In this document: positions 52,356-64,000 of the stretch, one piece after another
How the letters are laid out: each line of letters starts with the position of its first letter
Position numbering within the stretch: position 1 is the first letter of the stretch
NCBI RefSeq assembly: GCF_024521635.1
Contig: NW_026250404.1
Location: forward strand, 1,426,001 to 1,490,000
Origin: Tricharina praecox
Taxonomy: Eukaryota
Length of the DNA stretch: 64,000 bases
Direction of reading: 5' to 3'
Notes under the pieces: generated by a model
Database searches by the model: none
The model's input: only the letters and a program-made list of their open reading frames with translations
Told to the model about the DNA's origin: nothing
Translations under genes and position numbers: made by a program

Positions 52356-55300
52356 CTAGACATCCACAGCATGGGCGTCGTAAAAAAGATCTATCAGGCA
52401 GCCCGCGCTCCACGCCTGTGTGGGACTACTGTCCGAACAGAACGAACCATTCTCGTTCGTAAGCTCGGTCAACCCAGCCCATGGCGTCTTTTCGATCTCG
52501 TGTCTGCAGCCCTCCATTCTCGCCGCGAGCTGCTGGAGCATCTCGACGCGCCCGGCCTTGGTCTTTCTCCGCTTCGAGTCGAAGGTCAACATCGCACGGA
52601 GGAAGTAGCCGAGAGGCCAGAGCCACTCGGGACCTTGGTGGTAGTTGCGGCCCTTGGCGGTGGCGTAGTCATCGTTGTCGAGGGAGTTGATGTAGTTCGG
52701 GCGGTAGTTTTGGTCGGACGGGTCCAGCGTGGCGATTCCCAGGGGTTTCCGAAGGACTTCGTCGGCGATCTCGAGGCAGCCAAGGGCGTGATCGGGGTCG
52801 AAGATATCCGGTGCCACAGCCATGGCGATCGCGTAATTCGGCCTGCGGATGAAGTTAAATGACGAGTCTTCGAATACGATCATGCGAGGGAAAATACCTG
52901 AGTTGGTAGTCCTCATAGACCCTGACTCCGCCAAACAAGTCCTTGTAAATGCCTCGGCGGTTGACAGTGTTAGCCTTGATGACATACTTGCTATCGTCCT
53001 TAGGATCTTTCGGAATGTAGTAGCAGCGCTCAAAGTTGTCCTTGATGAGGCCTGCCCATGACTCGAAGGTGATCTCCTTGCCATCACTCTTCTTGACCGA
53101 GCTCCACTTGTACTTCTTCTCCTTGTTGAGTGCCGCGACCCACTTCAGGGTGCTGTAAAGCAGACCAGTGATCTCAATTGCGGCACCATCTCTCGGGGTT
53201 CCTACAAATTGTAAGTTTCCGAGCAGCGAAATACAAATCAAAAGCAGGAAAACTGACCTGGGTGACCTTTGGATCCCGCCTTGTCGCTCTCACCCATCTT
53301 GTCCATCCATGTACCGCAGTTCCACTCATTGCCACCACTGACGAAGCCGGTTTCCCAGCTCGGCTGAACGTTGACCCAGAATCCTTCATCCTTCATCTGC
53401 ATATCCAGGTTGGGCCCGGCATTTGCCTCTTTGTAGTTGAAGCCCAATGCGTGTGCCTGTAGTGACTCCTGGATAATCTCCTCGACGGTGCTCTCCTTGG
53501 AGTAAGCTCTGGGGTCCTCGACGGGAAACCACGTGTCGTCACTCGGCAGGAAACGACGCTTGACCTTCTCCTGGAGGATCTTGTGGCCGTCGGGAGCCAT
53601 CGTGGTGTAGTCCTGGATTGCCTGGAGGAAGAACCAGATAGAGTCTCTGGCATTGTACCTCGGAGTCTTGCCGGCACCCAAGAGGTTTGGGATCATGCCA
53701 TGTTTGAGGACGGAGGCAAAGGCTAGGATGTGCTCCTTCGCATCGTCGAATCGGCCGACGGCGAGACACAGACCACGAAGGGAAATGAAGACATCACGTC
53801 CCCAGCAGCGAGCCCATTCGACAGCAAAGTGGGGAAGACCAGCGGCCATGGAAGGAACCTCCTTGGTCGGCCAGAGTGAACCAGATTTGGTGATACTACC
53901 ACAGTTAGTAAGTAATCAATCCACATTGAATCCAACAGACGTACCCAGTCATTTGAATGCTGCACAATGCTAGTGACTTTAAGAATTGAGTGCCTCCCTG
54001 AACTTGTTCACCGAACAACTTCATGGCGTGCTCGACTGCGGCAGTGTATGCAGTCTGCAAGACCAAGGAGAAGTATCGGGGAACAAGGAAACTAGGAATC
54101 TCCTTGATCTTGGCGAATCGTTCCTTCAGCCACTTGGTAGGTCCTTCTAGGCCCTTGTGTCCGCGCTCTATCAGTCGCTCCAGGCGTCCCACGGTCCAGT
54201 CGAGTGCCCACATGCCATCACGGAGATGTTGACAAAGGGGGTGTCCGAGATCGTTGTTCTTGATGATCTCTCTGACAACAGACCACCATCCTTGAAGACC
54301 GGCGTAGACTAGTCGTCCGTGGCCTGGAATATCATACACGCCGTTCTTGCCATCGGAAGTGTCTCGCTCTTCTGGGTCGCAGCGATAGAGGAGGAAGTTC
54401 AGGTCGACCAAGCTCACCGATTTGAACGCCTCTTCGGCCCCGCTGACCGAGAAAGAATCCAACTCGTCCCCTTTCTCGAAACCTTCTACCCAGGTCTCAA
54501 ACAGCGCGATACTTCCAGGCGGGAAGTGGTCGAGGATGGTGATGATCGAACTGTCATCGACTTCCTCGATCCTCGGGGTTTCCATCTTGATGAGCTCCGC
54601 CGGCAATCCTCGTAGAGTGGTGGGGTCTGCTCTGACTTTCTTTATCATCTCCGGGGTGCCGTCAACCGTCAGACCCCAGGTACCAAGAGATTTGACCTTG
54701 GTCCTTGGGATCTTCACCGGGTTGAAGTTTCCTCGGTCAGTTCCAGGTCCGAAAGCACAGTGAGCGATCAAAAAGTATCCGCGGTGTGTCTTTGGATGTA
54801 CTCGGTGCATGGTGATGTAGTCGCCCTCGTGGTGAACGTGCATCTCCGTGTAGCCTTCCTTGCCCATTTTGCTGTGTATCCTGTTCATGATCGATTTCAC
54901 ACTAGCGATGCCAGCCGTGCTTCCCTCGAGTTGCTTTGGCGGTATCTCGTAGTTCCGGGTCTCGTGGACAAGATCGATAAGGTGGGGGTATATCTCGTCG
55001 AATCCTTGGACAGAGCCCACCGCACAGTCGCACATAGCCGCAAGAGCGCCGTTAGGCAGGGTGTCTTCGGGGGTCCGCTTCTGGGTAGGCACCTCGTTGT
55101 CGTGGGTGCAATCCATAAACAGCGCGTTGATCGGGGATCCAGCGACGGTTGTGACGATTTCGTCTCCGGATCGGGTTGCGAATTCCTGCTCCATACTCCC
55201 AATCGGCTTTCCTCCGTGTCTGTGCAGGAGTCTGGAGAGTTCGCCCGGACCCCAGGCAACCATCGCCTCACGCACGAGACTGCTCAGACCGAGCCTTTCG

Positions 55301-57183
55301 AGGAAGACCTTGTCCTTGCGCTCATCACCAGTGAACAACTCTGCAACCGTGTAGAGGTCCGGCCGTTCGCGCCTTGCAATATCCAGCATGTACTCACCAA
55401 CTTGGAGGGGTGTGGAGTGACAATTGTCGATTCGGAAACCATGGAAGATCTGGGCCATCAGCTTTGTGTATTTGGCCATGAAGTCCCACAGGTACGGTGA
55501 GTCTTCGGGCTTGTCTCCGTAGCGCAGCTTGACACAATCGCCCCATGTGATGACTTCCCGTCGCAGGTACGACCTGTGTTTCTCGGAGGCAAAGTCGGAG
55601 GTGTTGTCCCACAACCAACCATTGTTGGCCAATGCCAAACTCTTCGGATCGTGCTTCTTCGTTATCTCGTTGAGTGGGAGGCGAGTAAAGGCGGTTTCAA
55701 TCAATGGGCTCTCCTCCGTGATTACGCCCATTTTCGGACCGTGGTCAGCAACTCGCGTGTAATCGATTCTGTTGTATAGCTGCTCTTGGGCTTCCGCAAT
55801 GTCGGTATCGTATTCCTTGTAGAATGGGAGGTTGATCTCATCGAGGATAGACTTGAGCTCCTTCCGGGGGACGAGGACCGAGCCGATGTCCTTATCTGCC
55901 GAAGGTGCGCCGTGTTCGATGTGAAGGAGAGCAGCACCAATATCTGGATCGACGGTCTTCCGGAATCTCTCACCCAACCGGTCTCCTCCAATCAGGCCGT
56001 GCTCCGTGAGAAATACCGCTTTTGCCTGCAGCGAAATGCCCTTGGTATATCCGAGGGCCGTCACCTTCTCCACGGCAGCTTCGGGTCCCTGAGACTCCCA
56101 CCTCTGCATGATCGCCTCGAGGTTCGCATCCACATCAATGATATAGAACTGCCAAAGCTTCACCTGGGCAATGACGTGGATTTTGATGCCGTCCATCACC
56201 TTCAAAAGGTCCTCCACGGTCTTCAGCTCGGTAGGATAGCCCAGCCCGGCTAGATTCTTGCTGAACTCAAGCAACGCTTCATCGAACTGGTACGCTGCCT
56301 CGAGCCACGGCGCCGTAAGTCGGTTATACCCGGCTTCGGGATGATGCTGTAGCCACTCCGAATTGTGTGCAGTGTGGTTCCACACAACGTCCGTGAGACT
56401 CAGGATGCCGTGCTCTTTCTCCATCTTAGTCACCATAGCTCTGACTTCCTTCTCACCGCCGGGGAAGGCAACCGGATCGAAGTTGGTCTGGTTGAATAAG
56501 CTGAAGGGGGAATTTGAAGCTCCGCGCTCCATCAGAGGAGTAAAGTGCACCATGTTGTATCCCTTCTCGGCAATGTACTTCATGTAGGCATCCCACTGCT
56601 TGACCGGGCCGAGGAACTTGGACAGCACGGAGTAAACCGTGAGTGCATTAAGCTCAAGGTTCTTGCCGTTGATGGCCAGACTCGGGGAGACGGTGACATA
56701 ATAGGCTTCGGTCCGCGTGGGTTTCGGTGGCTCGACATCCGCCTTAGTGGTAAACGGTAGCAGCGGCGTATACGATATATAGTAGCAGTACGTTCCCGGC
56801 TTTGAGATAGGGATGTCGATGTGTAGGACGCGTCCAAATGAAGGCGTGAGTCTACAGCGGAACACACATCAGCATTCGTTCGGGAAAACAGCAATCTATA
56901 GCAAGCACTACAGACACCGCATCTTCCTGGCGCCAAGAGCGGGGGGTACCAACGGAAGTGCTTGGAACTTCTCTCTCTCGAATGCCTCATTGCCCTTTGG
57001 GACATTGATCCACAGCTTTCCTTCACGGCAGATGGAACTCGCTCCCTGGATCGCGAAACGGAGCGTGTAGGGCGTGGACGGGGAGGGGAGGTTGATGTAA
57101 CCTTGCCCGCCAACGTCCGGAGCTCCAGCATCGTTGAGATTGAGCAAGTAGACGACGGGAGGGCCGGTGACCGAGGACGACAT
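52356..57183 (-). CDS. GDB1: Glycogen debranching enzyme (4-alpha-glucanotransferase/amylo-1,6-glucosidase)
   Basis: Motifs GYNMVHFTPL, DVVWNHTA, GFRIDNCHSTP, AELFTG, DCTHDNE, RCWGRDVFISLRG, TWMDKMGES, NYHQGPEW, QAWS. Introns 56852-56953, 53896-53944, 53202-53257, 52843-52897. Confidence 0.98.
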
Positions 57184-58233
57184 TGCTGAGGTCGGCGATG
57201 GAGGGAATGTGTGTGAGAGGGATGGAGGATTGACGAATGGCGAGACAAGCAAAGTGGTTATTCTCGCACTGGCCCTATCTCTATACCTCGTCCACACTGA
57301 CTGCGTGAGGGAGACTGATGGAGGAGGAAGAGGAAGATGAAAAGGAGGAAGCGGACGAGGAGAGATGATGAGGGGTAGAGGGGCAACCAGAGATTGAAAT
57401 GGCCTGGTCCGGTTCAGGATGAGGGGCATAACGACGCACGTCGGCCACACCCATGATATGCACACGTAGACGTAATCTAATTGATAGTGTGTTTGATGGC
57501 CGGAGAGGGGCACAGGTGCGTTGTTTCAGTAGCCAGAAGATGTACAGCCTCGATGGAATCGACGAGCGCGAGTGGGGAGGGCGGGCATTGTCTGCTGTCA
57601 CTGGCCAATACGTCATGGCGATATAGCCTGAAGCTTGAGCAGTTAACGAGTCTGGGCAGCCGATAGGCCACGACCGACGAATTCTTCAGACAAGCTCTGT
57701 GCGCGGAAAAACAAAGCGCGGGGGGGTTCATGTGGACTCAGAGGTAGCCGACCCTAACCCCCATGAAACGAACGTGGGAAACGAGCCGGACATGCAAACG
57801 AACGAAACTATGTTCAGCGTCTAGGGGGGATTGAGCGAAGTGCAATGGCCTGAACCTGGTCCATGTGCAGGTGGGCAATCGATCGGTCAATCATTGCATT
57901 CGGGATGCCGAGCCCCATGGTGCTCCGGGTGTTTACCCCGCGGCCCGTGCCCCGCTTTGAAGCTTGAGCTCCCTCCCCTCCATCATCGTCCACTCATCCC
58001 TCCAGCCCTCCAAAATTTCCCATTCATGCTCGTGCACACTGCCCGATATCTACGGCATCAACAGACACTCCTTGAAGGAGGCTCAAGGTGCCGTTGATAC
58101 CGCTGCTGCCGTTGCTGTCACTCATTGCGATACCTATTCGTTCGATCTTTGCCTCTCTAGAAAACCCAGCTTCGTCTCAGTGTCATCACCCTCCGTGTGC
58201 ACGTCTTCCAGTCCTTCTTCCGAGGAGCGGGAA

Positions 58234-60310
58234 ATGCTGTCCGCCCAAGGTTCGCTTTTCAGTCTTCACGTGGGTGCACGTGCCGGCCCCGGCACCATGG
58301 TCTCGGCTTCGCCATCCACTTCCCCGGCAAGCCAAATCCCAGCCGCACTGATCCGTCATACTGTCCGGTATCTGGATTTCAAGCATGTATTGAAAGCCCG
58401 TGGCGTATCCAAGGCATGGAATGATGCCGTACAAGCCGTGAGGCCACTGAGGTTTCCGGCGGTGTACCACTTGCCCGCAGAGCTCGTGCAGCAGATCTTA
58501 GCGTTGGTATCTCCCGCAGACTTCAACAATGCACGTCGGACTTGCAGGGCGTGGTACGTTTCGTCACTGAGCGCTCCTCTCCTTCGGAACCAGCTCGAAA
58601 CTATCGGGTTCTGCAAGACGGATCCGGGCATCAGCGACTCGAAGAATCCCGTCTATCTATCCATGCGGCTATTCCGAGAGTGTAGTCTTGGGGCTGATGG
58701 GTCTGGAAAGTGTGACCTCCGGAACGTGGCGGTACTCGATCTCTCGGAAACGGTGACTGCGTCGACGAGCCACTTCACCGTTTCGATGTGCAGCTCTCAT
58801 GTGCTCCTCTGCGATGGCTGTGTAGTACATGTATACCGTCTGCAGCCCAATAGCCGGGAGTTCATCGAGTTCGCGACAACCATCATTTGCCCTCGGAGGG
58901 TTATCGCCGTGAGCATGGACACGAGCAGTGGGCGCTATTCTGTTACAGTTCTCTTGGTGAGCGGTTCGACTTTTCCCTAGGGAGTGGAGCTGATTTTTAC
59001 CTGTTGTGGGTAGGATGACCGGATGGGACTAGTCCATGACATCGTGGAGCAAGAGGCCAAATACACTTATTCAAATCTGTGTAGTGAAGAGGACCCTCCC
59101 CAGAGTGTGGCGATATGTCCCCAGCGGCGATGTGTGGCCTTTGGGTGTCAAGGCGGAATCGAGCTTCACTGTAAGAGTCCATGGCCGCCGCATCCCCGTT
59201 GCGCCCGTGAATAGCTGACTCTTGCATAAAATATCTAGGGGTTGATGCACTTACTGGCCAGGACTTGAATCGGTGGTTTCCATTGACGGCACCCACCGAC
59301 TTCCTCTACTTCCTTCCGCCGCGACATGGGATCGACTCCACAAAGAAACTCAGATTGATATCCAGTGCTGCCCATCCGGAGGAGATCAATCCACTCGCTA
59401 GGCGGTTTGGAGTCCATAGGACTTCGATTGCATACTGGGGGACAACTTGGGAGCCGAGGATCGGACAGAGCGACCATTTTCAGGCGGTGCCGCTGAGTGA
59501 TGGGTATCATATCCTGTTCACCGATCCCGTGACTGGATCTTTATGTCTAGGTAGTGATGCACCATCAGGGTAGGCGTCCCGTCCTCCCATTTCGATACAT
59601 GTTGCTGAGTGCGGGTTGATAGAGGTCCGACCAAGTTGTTGAGGAAAATATGGCTCATTCCGCCCGAGTGGCCCGACGAAGGCAAACAAGAAGCGGATTT
59701 TGAAGCATCCGAGGAGGATGAGGAAGGTGAACAGGGCCTTGCAACATTATTGGACAACTTGGACTGTGAACCCGAGCAGGTCCGGGCCAGTGTCTACGCC
59801 TCTGGTGCAGACCTCCGATACGGCGTGCGTATTGCTGCCGGCTACAACGACCGCGTGATATTCTTCTCCGTTTCGCCCGATGTATTCCATAGCATGGCCG
59901 ATAGAAGCGCCAATAGGGGCGGAGGGGTGGCAAGTAGAGACCTCAACGATCAGTCTGGGAATTCCGTCGTCGTCTTTGGATGCTACATTGGTACTGTTCC
60001 GGGTCTGGTTGACCTTGCGGTGGACAGTGGGCCCTCGATAACAGTCTATGCGTTTTCTTCCCGGGGCACGGTGGATGTCTATGGACTGGGGCCAGTGATT
60101 GGTGAACAGGGCTTGAAAAGGAGAACTTCTGGTGTTGAAGCCGCGTTCCCTCGGGCGAGGACATCCATAAGTGAATTGATGCCCGATCACGGACACTCAA
60201 GTGATGATGGGCTGGGTTATCATGGGGGTGATGGGAGTTTGAGCGAGATATGGGATGAGAAGCAGCCCTGGGTGAGTAGGGATGGATTGGAGTGTGAAGT
60301 TGTCGTGTAA
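58234..60310 (+). CDS. Fungal F-box domain protein
   Basis: F-box [21 protein letters not shown]; family-like motifs [50 protein letters not shown]. Introns 58957-59013, 59171-59238, 59570-59622. Start uncertain: the frame is open from ~57961 and the first ATG is at 58234. Confidence 0.85.
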
Positions 60311-60929
60311 AGATTGCAGGTTTGTGTTGAGTACTGGTTGCCAGAGCTTTATGGTCTCTGTGGATTCATTGGCCAGTTATTGTTACGAGGTTGCCTTTGC
60401 GAACTCACGGTCTGTAATCGGAAGACAGGTTTTGGTAGTCTCTACTAGTGCCAATCAGCCTTCGTGATAGTAATAGCTTCGATACAATTCCTCAGGCTAG
60501 TTCGCGGATGTCGCCTCTCGTCTCTTACATGTGATTAGATTCCACTCCCGGCAGCTCTCGTTGGTTTACAGTGCGACATCGTATTATTTTCGCCCACCCC
60601 GAATACGAGTCCTCCGCTCCCGAACACTCACTCGTCCGACTAACTTATCCTATCTATTGCGCTCCCTGGCGTGAGCGACGTGCGAGAAAGTCGGAAAGCT
60701 TCTGTTTGCTGGTTGTTTAGCATTCGGCCGTGAGATGTCATGAAGTAGAGTAAGCTCCATAGCTCCGGCTGCGGGACAGGGTGTGAGACAGTCAGCACCA
60801 CGACAACCGCGGGTTTAGGTACCGCCCGGCTCTCAGCGAGATCCTTTTGGCCCGGAGATCCAGAGCTAGCAAGGCAACACGAGCTCGTTGAGAGCCGTGG
60901 GACAGAGGAAGAAGCAAAGCTTGGCGGAA

Positions 60930-60938
60930 TTGACTCAT
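60930..60938. promoter_or_regulatory. Gcn4/CpcA/Cpc-1 response element (TTGACTCAT) upstream of DAHP synthase
   Basis: Perfect TGACTCA core ~170 nt upstream of ATG 61106. Fungal DAHP synthase genes are known targets of general amino-acid control. Confidence 0.65.
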
Positions 60939-61105
60939 GCATTGGACGAGGGCGTGGAGTTTATTAAGCCCCAGGAATTCCACTTCTCCTCCCTCCTCCC
61001 AACAGACAGCCGACAGCATCAATTCTTTCTTCTCCTTCTTCAGGGCATCAAGCTTCACTACATTTCCCATACCTGCTTTGTTAATCCTCCCTCTTCACTA
61101 CAGAC

Positions 61106-62540
<1,435 letters not shown>

Positions 62541-62912
62541 AGGGCTCGCTGATTACATAGGGGCCATCAATTTCTTTTCTACGGTTAGAGTCGGGGTCAA
62601 GGCTATTTGCGGGATATCTCTTTTTTTGTATGGCTGTCATCTCTGTCTGGGCTGGGCTGGGTTTCTATCGTGGGTTTGACTAGAATATGATGGTGATGGT
62701 ACACGCTGGGTAATACATTGCAAGTGCGATATGATGCGCACCTTTCGTTCCTACCTACCACAGGTGATCCATGATCAGTAAACCAGATGCGCCAAACAGA
62801 CCCTCGGTAATGCAGCCCACCAGTTTGTGCATCTCCGTGGAGCCACCTGCTATAGGTACTCGAGCCCCACCTCCCCCTTCCCTCTCCTCCATACAGTACT
62901 CCAACCGCAACC

Positions 62913-64000
62913 ATGGCCCAACTCCAACAACACTACCCGTGGACGCAAACGCCACTCATCGTATCGGCGCCCATGCGCACCGTCTCAGGCGCCGCGCTCA
63001 CCGCGGCGGTCAGCAACGCCGGCGGCCTCGGCTTTTTCGGTGCTGGGTACAGTCTCAGCGACTCTGCGGTACTCTCGGACCTATCCACGCTGCCCACACG
63101 CCTCTCCCCCGGCGCCTCCTACGGCCTCGGCTTCCTGGTATTCCGCAGCGACCTCCGCGACGCGCTCTCGCTGACCACGCTCCACCGCCCCGCCGCAGTC
63201 TGGTTCTTTGCGCCCGCGGACGCCGCCCAGCTGCACGAGTGGCTGTGCGCGTTCCGCGCGCTGGACACCCGCGTGTGGGTGCAGGTGTCGTCGGTGCGCG
63301 AGGCGGAGCAGGTGCTGTGTGGGCAAGGCGGCGGCGTCGTGAGCGTGCTAGTTGCGCAGGGCGCGGCGGACGCAGGCGGCCATGGTAAGGTATGCGGCGG
63401 GAGTGTGATCGCCCTTGTGCCCGAGGTCGTGGATTTGTTGGCGGAGAAGGGGAGGACCGATGTGGCTGTCGTCGCTGCTGGGGGCGTGGTCGACGGCAGG
63501 GGCGTGGCCGCCGTGTTGGCGCTGGGGGCGGGGGCCGCCGTGCTGGGCACCAGGTTTGTCGCGTGTGAGGAGAGCGAGGCGAGTCGGGGCTTTCGGGAGT
63601 TGGTCGTTGGCTCGGCCGATGGCGGGGTTGGGACAGTTAGGTTCTTCTTCCCCCTCTCCATCTCCCCCGACCCCAACCCCGAGCACCACCCCCGGCTGAC
63701 TGAAAACTGGTAGAACGCGCCTCTACGACAACCTCCGGGGCACGGGCTTCTGGCCGGCAGAATACGGCGGGCGCGCGATCATCAACGAGTCGTTCCGGGA
63801 TGCGGAGAAGGGTGTAGCTGAGGACAAGAACGCGGAGTTGTACGCGCAGGCTGTGACGAGGAATGATTTTACGAGGTTGACGGCGTTTGCGTAGGTCTCC
63901 CCCCCCCACTAACTATGATTCGCGGTAACGAGCATGGAGTTGAACGTCGAGTAGCGGTACCGGCGTCGGGCTGGTGAAAGAGGTGCTGCCCGCGGCATCG
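62913..64000 (+). CDS. Nitronate monooxygenase / 2-nitropropane dioxygenase family FMN enzyme (runs off the window)
   Basis: Motifs PLIVSAPM, AAVSNAGGLGF, QG.DAGGHG, AAGGVVDGRG..LALGA..LGTRF, and A|GTGVGLV. Introns 63641-63713 and 63891-63954. Confidence 0.92.

Overview
Gene-dense, intron-containing eukaryotic DNA from a filamentous ascomycete fungus. The evidence is short GT-AG introns with CTRAC/CTAAT branch points and fungal protein families; a Pezizales-type host is my impression only. I reconstructed about 22 protein-coding genes by splicing the ORF fragments by hand. In order: 3' end of GLN4, TFIIB (SUA7), EMC1, a DUF3405 membrane protein, glycerol-3-phosphate dehydrogenase (GPD1), a Bem3-type PX-PH-RhoGAP, two orphan ORFs, SVP26, mitochondrial rpS13 (SWS2), GH47 alpha-1,2-mannosidase (MNS1), DED1, IDH1, BUD23, a small membrane-anchored protein, SPO73/mug65, UTP15, a GliK-like gamma-glutamylcyclotransferase, a chromodomain protein, glycogen debranching enzyme (GDB1), an F-box protein, DAHP synthase (ARO3-type) and a 3'-truncated nitronate monooxygenase. 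I saw no tRNA, rRNA, transposon or CRISPR. This is mostly a housekeeping region and I cannot demonstrate a wholly new system. The best leads are: (1) an orphan gene pair in which a predicted intron places the upstream stop 5 nt before the next AUG; (2) GPD1 with two in-frame AUGs, a PTS2-like/presequence extension and a 23-nt micro-exon; (3) an uncharacterised C-terminal chromodomain protein; (4) a ~350-codon microsatellite-built N-terminus on the RhoGAP.
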